A model generated the notes under the pieces. That model was not told where the DNA came from. It made no database searches and worked only from the letters and a program-made list of their open reading frames with translations. Shown here piece by piece: positions 1 to 9,682 of a stretch of DNA of 64,000 nt (positions within the stretch are counted from its first letter, which is position 1; each line of letters opens with the position of its first letter). The translations under genes and the position numbers were made by a program. Source of the stretch: an uncultured bacterium (GTDB lineage Bacteria; Desulfobacterota_D; UBA1144; Nemesobacterales; UBA2774). The stretch is taken from the NCBI GenBank assembly GCA_963825135.1, contig CAWGRW010000009.1, positions 1,088,001 to 1,152,000 of the forward strand, read 5' to 3'.

Positions 1-499
1 TGAGGCCCGCTTTGAACCACTCGGGTACCGCAAAGTTGCAGACGGCAACCCCGGAAGCCCTGTTCTCATCCGCAATTTCATCGAGATAGAGAACCGAAAA
101 ATTTTTTTCCTCGTCCAGCAGCTCAAGCTCCATCTGCCCGCTATCGAAATACCTGTTCCATAGCGACGGCGCGCTCTTAAGTATTACCGGCGGCGTTTTT
201 AAATTCACCAGAGTGTCCAGCATGGGGCCAAGGTCCTTTCTGGCTATGTATTCGGCGACCGGTATGACCGATAAAAAGTCCCCGTTCCCGTGCACGATGT
301 CGTAGGTATTGAGCAGGCGGTTCAGTAGCGGTGCCGGGTACCATTCCGTACTTATCAGACCGCTCTCCAATACTTCCGTATCGGAGTCGGGCAGATTATT
401 TACAACCTTCCTCCATACGTCCATGCCGTGCGAGTTTATAATATATTCTTTCGCGTTGAATAAGATCGATCCTTTCGCATTGCCCGTTTTTTCAGTCAT
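1..499 (-). CDS. Hypothetical protein, HNOB/V4R-like or DUF2378-like (3' end runs off window)
   Basis: Manual translation from ATG at 499 (MTEKTGNAKGSILFNAKEYIINSHGMDVWRKVV...STEWYPAPLL...SAPSLWNRYFDSG...) is open to the window edge. The KG..., WYP and LW.RYFD.G pattern resembles myxobacterial DUF2378/H-NOX-like proteins. Confidence 0.6.
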   Translation of the reverse strand, partial: MTEKTGNAKGSILFNAKEYIINSHGMDVWRKVVNNLPDSDTEVLESGLISTEWYPAPLLNRLLNTYDIVHGNGDFLSVIPVAEYIARKDLGPMLDTLVNLKTPPVILKSAPSLWNRYFDSGQMELELLDEEKNFSVLYLDEIADENRASGVAVCNFAVPEWFKAGL

Positions 500-620
500 A
501 TTAAATTATCGGTAATGATAAATAATAGTCTTCATGTATGCTCATCAGGTTGTTTAATTTTAGTGTTATCGCCGATCGTTAATTATTTCACTTTCAATTA
601 TGTACGATAAAGGAGAGATT

Positions 621-1391
621 ATGAAGAAGTCTTTTGAGGACCTGGTAAATTTATCGATGCATTTGCGGGGCCCCGAGGGCTGCCCATGGGACAGGGAACA
701 GACGCTCGAGACGTTAAAATCTTATATAATTGAAGAGGCTTACGAAGTAATACAGGCCATAGAGTCCGGGGATAAAGACGAGCTCGTCGAGGAGCTGGGC
801 GACCTCTTTTACGAAGTCCTTTTTGCCTCGCAGATCGCGGAAGACAACGGGGATTTCGGCATAGATGACGTAATCGACAGGCTCCATAACAAACTCGTGA
901 GGAGGCACCCCCACGTGTTCGGCGAGGAGAAGGCGGCAAACGCCGAAGAGGCCGTAAAGAGATGGCACTCCCAGAAGCTCAAGGAGAAATCAAGGAAGAG
1001 GAGGCTCCTCCACATCCCCCGCACGATGCCGTCCCTGCTGAGGGCGCAGAGGGTGGGCGAAAAGGCCTCTCAGGTGGGATTCGACTGGAGCGGCGCCGGC
1101 GAGGTGATAGCCAAGGTGAAGGAGGAGCTCTCGGAGCTCGAGGTTGAGATGAAGAATGGGGACGTCGCCGGGATCGAGAAAGAGTGGGGGGACCTTGTTT
1201 TTTCTCTCGTCAACTTGGGGAGGCATTTGAAGATAGATGCCGAGGGCACGGCCCACAAGGCAATCGACGGCTTCATAGAGCGGTTCGGAAAAATAGAAGA
1301 CAAGGCGGAAGCCCGCGGTAAAGAGCTCTCTGAGTTATCGCTTGCGGAGATGGACGAGCTCTGGGAAGAGGTGAAGCGTGAACACACATAG
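621..1391 (+). CDS. mazG: Nucleoside triphosphate pyrophosphohydrolase MazG
   Basis: GCPWDREQT, EEAYE, EELGDL, RRHPHVF and a second EEL..E/E.GDL domain; SD AAGGAG before ATG 621. Confidence 0.95.
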   Translation: MKKSFEDLVNLSMHLRGPEGCPWDREQTLETLKSYIIEEAYEVIQAIESGDKDELVEELGDLFYEVLFASQIAEDNGDFGIDDVIDRLHNKLVRRHPHVFGEEKAANAEEAVKRWHSQKLKEKSRKRRLLHIPRTMPSLLRAQRVGEKASQVGFDWSGAGEVIAKVKEELSELEVEMKNGDVAGIEKEWGDLVFSLVNLGRHLKIDAEGTAHKAIDGFIERFGKIEDKAEARGKELSELSLAEMDELWEEVKREHT

Positions 1392-1593
1392 TGTGGTTTT
1401 ATGATTTCTTCTAATTCCGCCGGTTAATCCAAACAATCGAAGCAAATCCTGTTCATCCTTTCTTTAACTTCCCCCCGCCTCTATAAAAGGGGGAACAGTT
1501 ACAAGCAAGCGCGCAACTGGTCGCTCTCCCAACAAAGTCACTGACGCCAAATAATTCTAGGCTTGGCGATCGTTAAAACAAAATAGTTAGGGT

Positions 1594-1659
1594 GGGGGTG
1601 TACCTCAAAATAAATCCGTCATGCTGAAACAAGTTCAGCATCTCATTTTTGACATCCTC
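1594..1659. repeat. REP/MITE-like palindromic element between convergent genes
   Basis: Perfect 8-bp hairpin ATGCTGAA-ACAAG-TTCAGCAT (1621-1641) preceded by GTC, flanked by imperfect inverted ends GGGGGTGT..CAAAA / TTTTTGACATCCTC. Confidence 0.5.
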
Positions 1660-1725
1660 TTCCAGGATATCGCTTACAAACGGTGACCCTGATAAAATGT
1701 GCGGCCGGAAAGAGCCAGATGATTC

Positions 1726-2937
1726 CTAAATCTCTCGTCCCACCAGCATCCCGAGGAGCTTCCACCCTTCGGATATGTATACGGGAGAAGTGCTTGCCGA
1801 TTTCTCAGTGTAGACAAAAGAGTCGTTCTTTACACTCTCGTCCTCCGAGCTGTATATCGCAAAGGGCACGGGCTCGTTCACGTGCGTCCTGAGGTCGATC
1901 GGCGTCGGATGGTCCGACATAACGAGTATCTTATAGTCCCCGAACCTCTTTATCCCTTCGAGCACCCGTCCCACGACGCGCCCGTCGAAGTCCTCTATCG
2001 CCTGAATCTTCAACTCCGCCTTTCCGACGTGACCCGTCTCGTCGGTTGATTCTATATGTATCATGGTCAGATCCACTTCTTCTAAAGAGTCGAGAGCATA
2101 ATCGACCTTGCCCTCGTAGTTCGTATCCAGGTATCCTGTCGCCCCGGGAACGTCTATCACCTTCAGCTTCGCGCATAGCCCGATCCCTTTTACCAGGTCG
2201 ACGGCCGAGATTACCGAGCCCGTGAGCCCGTAGAGCTCCTTGAAAGACGGCATCTTTGGCGGCACACCCTGCCCCCAGAGCCATATGCTCGTAGCCGGGT
2301 TCTTCCCTTCGGCGACCCTCTTTTTGTTGACCGGATGGTCTTTCAGTATCTCCCTCGACCGCTCTATCAATTCGTTCAGTTTTTCAGTCCCCTCTCCTGA
2401 CGGTATGAAGGGGCCTACTTCCCTCCCCGATATATCGTGCGGCGGGGTCGTATGGATGTCCGCGTTCCCGCCCGACCATACGAGGAGGTGCCTGTAGCTC
2501 ACTCCTGGAAAAAACGTGAGGTTTTTCTCGTCGAGCTCTTTTTTCAGGTCGATTATTATCGCCCGTGCCTCTTCCGTGGTGATGTGCCCCGAGCTGTAGT
2601 CCTCCATTGTCAAGCCCCCGTCTCGCGGAGCGAGGGTAACGAGATTGCACCTGAGCGTAACGTCTCCCTCGCTAAGAGGCACGCCAATGCTCGCGGCCTC
2701 GAGAGGGGACCTGCCGGTGTAATAGAGGTTCGGGTTATACCCGAGGACAGTCAGGTTGCCGACGTCGCTTCCGGGAGGGAGGTTGTCGGGGATTGTTTTG
2801 ACCATGCCGAATTTGATTGCGGATTTGGCTATCCTGTCGAGGTTTGGAGTCCTCGCCGCCTCGAGCGGGGTCTTTCCGCCTAACTCCGGCAGAGGGTGGT
2901 CCGGCATCCCGTCGCCCTGCAGTATCACGTATTTCAT
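1726..2937 (-). CDS. apgM: Cofactor-independent phosphoglycerate mutase, ApgM (archaeal-type) family
   Basis: GDGMPD, GKTPLEAARTPNLD, PGSD, YTGRSPLEA, DETGH and SDHPTP motifs. Confidence 0.9.
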   Translation of the reverse strand: MKYVILQGDGMPDHPLPELGGKTPLEAARTPNLDRIAKSAIKFGMVKTIPDNLPPGSDVGNLTVLGYNPNLYYTGRSPLEAASIGVPLSEGDVTLRCNLVTLAPRDGGLTMEDYSSGHITTEEARAIIIDLKKELDEKNLTFFPGVSYRHLLVWSGGNADIHTTPPHDISGREVGPFIPSGEGTEKLNELIERSREILKDHPVNKKRVAEGKNPATSIWLWGQGVPPKMPSFKELYGLTGSVISAVDLVKGIGLCAKLKVIDVPGATGYLDTNYEGKVDYALDSLEEVDLTMIHIESTDETGHVGKAELKIQAIEDFDGRVVGRVLEGIKRFGDYKILVMSDHPTPIDLRTHVNEPVPFAIYSSEDESVKNDSFVYTEKSASTSPVYISEGWKLLGMLVGREI

Positions 2938-3036
2938 AGGGATAAGAATTTAAATGCTTTTGGGGAATTATCAAGAAGAAAACGAGCGGATGTATACGTC
3001 CGAAAGGCTTGCGACTTTGGCGCCGCGCAGCGTATT

Positions 3037-3966
3037 TCAGGAGAGCGTGCGGCCGGACATCTTCAGCACCTGCTTCTCCGCGTGGTAGGAGCTTCTGACG
3101 AGGGGGCCTGATTCGACATGCGGTATGCCGATGATGCTCTCGCCGTAAGTTTTAAGGGATTCGAACTCCATCGGGTGGTAGAACTTCGATACCGGCAGGT
3201 GCTCGTTCGTGGGCTGGAGGTACTGGCCGATAGTCACTATATCGCACCCGGCTTTCTTCAAGTCCCCGAGGGTTTCTATCACCTCGTCCATCTCTTCGCC
3301 GAGCCCGACCATGATGCCGGATTTCGTAAGCATGCCCTCGTGCCCTAGCTCCTTTCCCTCCGCGAGCACCTTGAGCGACCAGTCGTAATTCGCCTGGGGC
3401 CTTACAGACCTTCTTCCGCCTGAAGGAGTCAGCTGCGGGTAACGGTATAGTCGAGGCACGGTTTCGATATTGTGATTGAGTACGTCGGGTCTCGCTTCGA
3501 GGATTTCCATAAGCGCGCTCGACTCACCCTTAAAATCGGGAATGAGGACCTCTATCTTCACGGATGGGTTCTCATCCCTAACCCGCCTTATGGTCTCGGC
3601 GAATATGCGGGCGCTCTCGTAGTTCTTATCGTCCCTGTTGACGGATGTGATCACGATGTGTGTTACGTAAGCGTTATTCCGGGTGAGGTCCTTCACCGCC
3701 TCGGCCACTCTGAGTGGTTCGTTCCAGTCGAGCTCCCCGCCTCTCCCCGTTTTCACATGGCAAAAGCCGCAGCTCCTTGTGCATGTATCTCCCAAGATCA
3801 TGAACGTCAGCGTGCCCGCGCCCCAGCACTCCCCTATGTTGGGACACCTGGCCTCCTCGCATACGGTATGGAGGTTGAGAGTCCTCATAAGGTTCTTAAG
3901 GTGGGTGTAGTTGGGACCCTTGGGAAGCTGAGCCTTGATCCAGCCTGGTTTTCCTGTGTTCCTCAT
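3037..3966 (-). CDS. lipA: Lipoyl synthase
   Basis: CEEARCPNIGEC auxiliary cluster motif, CTRSCGFC radical SAM motif, NHNIETV, RSSYH. Confidence 0.97.
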   Translation of the reverse strand: MRNTGKPGWIKAQLPKGPNYTHLKNLMRTLNLHTVCEEARCPNIGECWGAGTLTFMILGDTCTRSCGFCHVKTGRGGELDWNEPLRVAEAVKDLTRNNAYVTHIVITSVNRDDKNYESARIFAETIRRVRDENPSVKIEVLIPDFKGESSALMEILEARPDVLNHNIETVPRLYRYPQLTPSGGRRSVRPQANYDWSLKVLAEGKELGHEGMLTKSGIMVGLGEEMDEVIETLGDLKKAGCDIVTIGQYLQPTNEHLPVSKFYHPMEFESLKTYGESIIGIPHVESGPLVRSSYHAEKQVLKMSGRTLS

Positions 3967-4029
3967 ATCGATATTTAAAATCGCCCGCGGGCGCGGTACT
4001 CGGACACATATCCGGGCCCGTCGAATATT

Positions 4030-4413
4030 TCAGCCGTTTTGAGACGGGCTGTCCATCGCGGACGGCGGGGTAAAAGGAGAAGATCCCGGCTTTTTCAGCT
4101 TGTCTTCTCTCTGTTTTTCGTCGAGGAGCTCCCTGTTCCTGGCTTCGAGCTCCCTTATTCGTCTCGATTTTTCTTTCGTGTCCGAGCTCGCGCTTATCGA
4201 CTGCATCGCGCCGAAAATAACCGCAACGACTGCGCCGAACACGAACGCGGCCAGTATTATAACCACGTTCATCGTTATATATGGCCCTATGTTGATTATC
4301 TTGAGGTTGAGTCCGAGCTCAAACTCCTGAGTAAACATGGCCATGTTTTGTGTATAAAGGATTGCGAAAAAGATTATTATCAATATTATGAACAGAACTT
4401 TTATAAATCTCAT
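4030..4413 (-). CDS. LapA-family membrane protein
   Basis: Two hydrophobic helices separated by the QN motif, followed by a coiled coil; position after rpsA-sppA-HIT. Confidence 0.7.
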   Translation of the reverse strand: MRFIKVLFIILIIIFFAILYTQNMAMFTQEFELGLNLKIINIGPYITMNVVIILAAFVFGAVVAVIFGAMQSISASSDTKEKSRRIRELEARNRELLDEKQREDKLKKPGSSPFTPPSAMDSPSQNG

Positions 4414-4417
4414 ATCG

Positions 4418-4903
4418 TCACCTCTCTAAAGATTTTAAATGCTCTTTCAGAGTCTCGTATGTGTCTTCGAGGTATTCCGGCATAACCCTGAGGTCGCCGA
4501 TTACCGGCATAAAATTATTGTCCCCGCTCCACCTGGGCACGATGTGGAAATGGAGGTGGTCGTCTATGCCCGCCCCGCCCGTCTTGCCGAGGTTCATGCC
4601 GATATTGAACCCTTCAGGTTCGATGACTTTAAGGATATCGATGCATTTGGCGGTAAGGTTCATGAGTTCGAGTCTTTCTTCCTGAGTCAGGTCGGAGAAA
4701 TTATTTGTGTGTTTATAAGGGACGGTCATAAGGTGCCCGTTCGAATATGGGTAACGGTTCATGATAATGAAACTTGTTTCACCAGTATATAGTATGAGAT
4801 TATCTTTGTCATTCCCTTCTTTGGGTTTCTTGCAAAAGATACAACCCTCTTCCTTATCCCCCGTTATATATTTTATCCTCCAGGGCGCCCAGAGCACTTT
4901 CAT
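4418..4903 (-). CDS. HIT-family hydrolase (Ap4A phosphorylase-like)
   Basis: LWAPWR..YI, CIFC, N.YPY..GH, GFNIGMN.G..GGAGI..HLHFHIVPRW.GD.NF. Confidence 0.92.
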   Translation of the reverse strand: MKVLWAPWRIKYITGDKEEGCIFCKKPKEGNDKDNLILYTGETSFIIMNRYPYSNGHLMTVPYKHTNNFSDLTQEERLELMNLTAKCIDILKVIEPEGFNIGMNLGKTGGAGIDDHLHFHIVPRWSGDNNFMPVIGDLRVMPEYLEDTYETLKEHLKSLER

Positions 4904-4905
4904 AA

Positions 4906-5793
4906 TCAGTTAATTATATCAACCAGATAGAAAAGTCCAAAGCCGTATTTGGACGGCATGCTAGTTATGCCGGGTATATCCAATTTGGATTCGAGGAGTT
5001 CCATGAATTGGGATTTCTTTTTCGGATAATAAACAAGGTTCGGCTGCCCCTTTATTCCGGCCTTTTTCGCCGCGAGGTCTATGGCGTCGTTTAATGTGCC
5101 CGTCTCGTCTATGAGTTTCAGCTCTTTCGCCTGCTCTCCGGTGAATATCTTTCCGTCTGCGATTTTGTCCACCTGGGCCGCATTGAGGCCCCTCGACTCC
5201 GCGACCGCCGACTTGAACTGGGAGTAGACGTTATTTATCAGCCCCTGCATATATTCCCTGTCTTCGACGGTCATTTCCCTGAACGGAGAGCCGACGTCTT
5301 TATACCTGCCGCTCTTGATCACTTCCACGTCCACCCTGGCCCATTCCAGAAGCTTTTCATAGTTCGCAAACTCCGCGACCACGCCTATGCTGCCCGTAAT
5401 CGTCCCCGGGTTCGCGTATATCTTCTCCGCGGCGCACGCGATGTAATAACCGCCCGAGGCGCCGACGTTGCCTATGCTCGCTATTACGGGCATATCTTTT
5501 CTCAGTTTCTTGAGCTCGCTGTATATCTCCTGCGAAGGTCCTACGGCGCCGCCCGGAGAATCGATTCTTACCACGACGGCTTTAACCTGCTTGTCTTCCT
5601 TTATCTTGGTGATACTGTCCAGATACGACTGGTCGTCGAGAATAACATCTTCAACCTTAAGCACAGCGACCTTGTCTCCGCCCGAAAAGCCACCCTTTCC
5701 GGACATGATGAATCCGGAGCCTATCCCCGCTATGAATGTGAAGATTAGGAGGATGATCACAGCGATTACGATGAATACATTCCGCACCCTCAA
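4906..5793 (-). CDS. sppA: Signal peptide peptidase SppA (36K type)
   Basis: DSPGG, ASGGYYIA, TGSIGV, KSG.YKD; N-terminal TM; TTG start overlapping the rpsA stop. Confidence 0.95.
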   Translation of the reverse strand: MRVRNVFIVIAVIILLIFTFIAGIGSGFIMSGKGGFSGGDKVAVLKVEDVILDDQSYLDSITKIKEDKQVKAVVVRIDSPGGAVGPSQEIYSELKKLRKDMPVIASIGNVGASGGYYIACAAEKIYANPGTITGSIGVVAEFANYEKLLEWARVDVEVIKSGRYKDVGSPFREMTVEDREYMQGLINNVYSQFKSAVAESRGLNAAQVDKIADGKIFTGEQAKELKLIDETGTLNDAIDLAAKKAGIKGQPNLVYYPKKKSQFMELLESKLDIPGITSMPSKYGFGLFYLVDIIN

Positions 5794-7478
5794 GCTACCT
5801 CGTCATTATTCATCTGCTTTAACTTTTCCCTGAGCACGTCTCCCAGCTTGACCGACGGTTCTCCCTGAGACGATATGAAGTTTGAGACCATTTCTTTGTC
5901 CTGCCACTGGTCGTACTTCCTTTTGCTGAGGTTAATCTGTCTTACCCGCTTGTCGAACCCGATCACCTGGGCCGTTATTTCGTCTCCGACATTAAAGCTT
6001 TTGGTAGTATCCCTCTGCCCCTTTTCCTGGCTCAGCTCGCTCGCCTTTATATATCCCTCGATGCCGTCTTCCAACTCCAGCACAATCCCGCTGTCTTTAA
6101 TTAATTTAACCTTTCCGGTTACCGAGGACTGTCCGGTCTTGTATTTTTTCTGTGCTTCCACCCACGGATCCGAAGAAAGCTGCTTTAATCCGAGTCCCAT
6201 CCTCTGGTTCTTGTCGTCGACGCTGAGAACGACGACTTCGATTTCGCTTCCCTTTTCAAAGGATTCCTCAGGATTTATCCTTCCTGTCCACGATACGTTG
6301 TCGGGTCTTACCAGTCCCACTATATTCTCGTCGACTTCTACGAACAACCCCTTGTCGGTGACGTTCTTTATTGCCCCCTTTATCCTCGATCCCGGCGGGT
6401 TTTTTTCTTTAAAAAGCTGCCATGGGCTAGGCTCAATCTGCTTCAGGCTGAGAGAAATCCTCCTGTTGGCTGTGTCGGTATCGAGCACGACCACTTCCAC
6501 GACGCTGCCCGCCTGCACGATCTCTTTAGGGTGTCGGAATTTTTTCGTCCATGTGATCTCGGAAATATGTACGAGCCCCTCGATGCCGGGCTCGAGCTCG
6601 ACAAAAACGCCAAAGTCCGTTATCGAAACAACCTTTCCTTTAAACTGAGACCCCGCCGGGTATTTTTCTTTCACTGAAGTCCAGGGGTCAGGGGTTGTAT
6701 CCTTATAGCTCAAGGTGATTTTATTGGCTTCGTCTATCTTTAGCGCAATTACTTTTATTTCCTGGTTTTTCGACAGCACATCTCCGGGGCTGGCAACTCT
6801 GCCCCAGGAAAGCTCGCTGACCGGAATGAAGCCCTCAATGCCGCCCAGGTCGATAAATACGCCCTGGTTGATGATATTGACGACCTTCCCCGGCATCTCT
6901 TTGCCTACCTCTATCCTGGAAAGGGTCTCTTTTTTAAGGATCTCCCTCTCTTCTTCGAGATAGACCCTCCTCGACAGCACGATGTCGTTTCCCGTGAGTT
7001 TTATAATCCTGGCCTCGATCGTTTCACCGACGAGACTGTCCAAATCCTGCCTGGGGGATATATCGATCTGCGATCCGGGTATAAAGGCCCTAATCTCGAT
7101 CTTGTCCCCTATATCGGCGATGACTCCGCCCTTGACCTTCTGCGTGATCCTCGCTTTTATGAGTTCGCCCTTATCAAAGGATTCCTGGATTCTCTTGTTT
7201 TCCTTGATCTGCTCGGCCTTAATTCTCGATAGTCTGGGCAGACCCTCGTTTGCCCAGTTGTCGAACATAACCTCGACTTCCTCGCCGATATTTACGTCCG
7301 GTACCCCGCTTTTGTTGTAAAATTCCTGTATCGGGACGACTCCCTCCGATTTCGAGCCGAAATCAATAAAAACGTCATCCTGATCGATGCGGACGACGAG
7401 TCCCTTAAAGACTTTTCCCTTGTCCGGCACATTCATGCTCTCATCAACTAATTCCGCGAAATCTTTCTCTTCTGCCAT
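5790..7478 (-). CDS. rpsA: 30S ribosomal protein S1
   Basis: Six S1 repeats (e.g. FGVFVELEPGIEGLVHISEITW), downstream of cmk. Confidence 0.95.
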   Translation of the reverse strand: MAEEKDFAELVDESMNVPDKGKVFKGLVVRIDQDDVFIDFGSKSEGVVPIQEFYNKSGVPDVNIGEEVEVMFDNWANEGLPRLSRIKAEQIKENKRIQESFDKGELIKARITQKVKGGVIADIGDKIEIRAFIPGSQIDISPRQDLDSLVGETIEARIIKLTGNDIVLSRRVYLEEEREILKKETLSRIEVGKEMPGKVVNIINQGVFIDLGGIEGFIPVSELSWGRVASPGDVLSKNQEIKVIALKIDEANKITLSYKDTTPDPWTSVKEKYPAGSQFKGKVVSITDFGVFVELEPGIEGLVHISEITWTKKFRHPKEIVQAGSVVEVVVLDTDTANRRISLSLKQIEPSPWQLFKEKNPPGSRIKGAIKNVTDKGLFVEVDENIVGLVRPDNVSWTGRINPEESFEKGSEIEVVVLSVDDKNQRMGLGLKQLSSDPWVEAQKKYKTGQSSVTGKVKLIKDSGIVLELEDGIEGYIKASELSQEKGQRDTTKSFNVGDEITAQVIGFDKRVRQINLSKRKYDQWQDKEMVSNFISSQGEPSVKLGDVLREKLKQMNNDEVA

Positions 7479-7567
7479 AGACCTTCCTTCTTTTCGTATA
7501 TATCTATTAAAATTAACTGTCTGATTTCATTTTGGGAAGTAGGATTAGGTAGTGTTAAAAACTCTTG

Positions 7568-8224
7568 CTAACCTTGAACTTCTTTGATTATCCTGTCTGT
7601 AACTTCATCAGACGACAGATTTGTAGTATCTATTATGACCGCATTAACCGCCGGATGCAAGGGAGATTCCGAGCGCTCCATGTCCTGGGCGTCCCTTTTT
7701 ATTATTTCATTTTTCACACTATCGATGTCTGCGATATCACCTGATTGCGCGAGCTGTTCCCGCCTCCTTCGGGCCCTTTCGTCAAGAGAGGCGTCCAGGT
7801 AAAACTTGAACTCCGCGTCGGGGAATACGTAAGTCCCCATGTCCCTCCCCTCGGCCACCATGTCGCCGTTTTTCCCGATACGCCGCTGCAGATGAACGAG
7901 TTTTACTCTCACGGCCCTCTTCGTCGCCACGTCGGACGACAGCCTCGAGACCTCGGGCGTCCTTATCTTATCCGTGACGTCTTCGTTGTTCAGCAATATG
8001 ACGAGAGCGCCGTCTTCTTTCCTGCCGAATCCGATTTCAGTATTATTCAGGAGTGATTCGAGCCTCTTATCGTCGTCGATAGCGACAGAGTCCCGTCTGA
8101 CCTGGAGCGCGACAGCCCTGTACATCGCCCCGGTATCGAGATATGTGAATCCCAGCTTCCGGGCAACCAGTCTTGAAACGGTGCTTTTTCCGACCCCCGA
8201 CGGGCCGTCTATAGTTATTATCAT
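7568..8224 (-). CDS. cmk: Cytidylate kinase
   Basis: IDGPSGVGKST, YLDTGAMYRA, EGRDMGT.VFP. Confidence 0.97.
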   Translation of the reverse strand: MIITIDGPSGVGKSTVSRLVARKLGFTYLDTGAMYRAVALQVRRDSVAIDDDKRLESLLNNTEIGFGRKEDGALVILLNNEDVTDKIRTPEVSRLSSDVATKRAVRVKLVHLQRRIGKNGDMVAEGRDMGTYVFPDAEFKFYLDASLDERARRRREQLAQSGDIADIDSVKNEIIKRDAQDMERSESPLHPAVNAVIIDTTNLSSDEVTDRIIKEVQG

Positions 8225-8289
8225 CTCATTAATTTGACTTGGCGTGACAGGGCGGGTCCTGCCTAACCGCCTGTAATGATTAGTCTCGT

Positions 8290-9579
8290 TTATTTGCGCA
8301 GCCTCCCGAGGGTTTCAAAAAACCCCGGAAAGGATATGGAGACGCATTCCGGGTCGTCGATCTCGGTCTCACCTCTCGCCCGCGTGGCCGCGACCGCAAC
8401 CGCCATCGCGATCCTGTGGTCGCCCCAGCTCGAACACTTCGCACCCGTTAAAGACGTCCCTCCGCTGATCGACATGCCGTCCTCAAACTCGGTTACGCGG
8501 GCTCCGAGCTTAAGGAGTTCCGATGTCATCGCCTTTATCCTGTCCGTTTCCTTTACCCTGAGCTCGCTTGCGTCTCTGATGATTGTCTCGCCCTCGGCGA
8601 AGCACGCGGCGGCCGCTATCACGGGGAGCTCGTCTATCGCCTTCGGTATCATCTCTCCCTCGATCAAGGCGGCACGCAAACCGCTCGACTTTACGACTAT
8701 GTCCCCGACCGGCTCTCCCGAGACTTCCCTCTCGTTAGTTACTTCTATATTCCCGCCCATCTGCCTGAGTACGTCGATTACGCCCGTCCTCAGCGGGTTG
8801 ACCCCGACATTCCTGATCAGGAGCTCGGAGCCCGGATTGATCAGCGCCCCCACGATGAAGAACGCGGCTGAGGACAGGTCCGCGGGCACCGATATATCGC
8901 GTCCTGCAAATTCCTTCTGTCTCTTTATTCTGATGCCGTTACCCTTTTTTTGGAGCTTCACCCCGAAGTACGAAAGCATTCTTTCCGTATGGTCTCTCGT
9001 GGCCTCGGGCTCGACGACCTCCGTTTCCCCTTCGGCGTAGAGTCCGGCGAGAAGGAGCGCGGATTTCACCTGCGCGCTCGCTACGGGAAGCTTATAAGAG
9101 ATCCCTGCGAGGCGGCCCCCTTCGATCCCGAGGGGGAGTTTGTTTCCGCCTTCCCTCCCCGTAATTTTTGCTCCCATCAGCCTCAGGGGCTCGACTACCC
9201 TTTTCATGGGCCTCGCCCTCAGGTATTTGTCGCCCGTTACGGCCGTAAAAAAGCCCTGGGCGCTCAAAAGTCCCGTGAGGAGCCTGGTCGTCGTACCGGA
9301 ATTCCCTGCGTCGAGCACGTCCTCGGGTTCTCTCAGACCAAATAGCCCTTTCCCCGCGATCTTTACGTCGCTGCCATTTATTTCGATATCAATACCCAGC
9401 TTCCTCATCGCGTTGGCCGTAGAAATCGTGTCCTCGCAATTGAGGAACCCTCTGACCTCGGTCGTCCCCGACGCGAGGGACCCTATCATCAAGGACCTGT
9501 GCGAAACCGACTTGTCCCCGGGGGGAGTTAATTCGCCCGTGAGCGGTTTTGTTTTTCCTTTGATATTCTCTCTGCTCAT
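8290..9579 (-). CDS. aroA: 3-phosphoshikimate 1-carboxyvinyltransferase (EPSP synthase)
   Basis: PGDKSVSHR, GNSGTT.RL, RPMKRV, ASAQVKSA, RDHTERML, ELRVKETDR, GDHRIAM; start placed at MSREN (9579). Confidence 0.97.
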   Translation of the reverse strand: MSRENIKGKTKPLTGELTPPGDKSVSHRSLMIGSLASGTTEVRGFLNCEDTISTANAMRKLGIDIEINGSDVKIAGKGLFGLREPEDVLDAGNSGTTTRLLTGLLSAQGFFTAVTGDKYLRARPMKRVVEPLRLMGAKITGREGGNKLPLGIEGGRLAGISYKLPVASAQVKSALLLAGLYAEGETEVVEPEATRDHTERMLSYFGVKLQKKGNGIRIKRQKEFAGRDISVPADLSSAAFFIVGALINPGSELLIRNVGVNPLRTGVIDVLRQMGGNIEVTNEREVSGEPVGDIVVKSSGLRAALIEGEMIPKAIDELPVIAAAACFAEGETIIRDASELRVKETDRIKAMTSELLKLGARVTEFEDGMSISGGTSLTGAKCSSWGDHRIAMAVAVAATRARGETEIDDPECVSISFPGFFETLGRLRK

Positions 9580-9682
9580 AGCTTTATAATAACGAAAACC
9601 GGGGTCAGGTAAAAATTTAATTTCGCCTGACATATACCGGAGGTAAAATTGTACATCAATTATTGAGTCCGGGGAGTAAGAG

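Noticed and set aside
5875..7320. Long plus-strand ORFs antisense to rpsA (and similar shadows over aroA, tldD, acs, uvrA, MFS)
   Set aside because: They mirror the codon bias of well-supported opposite-strand genes and show no motifs or SD.
5790..7478. Internal repeats in rpsA
   Set aside because: Ordinary S1 domain repeats.
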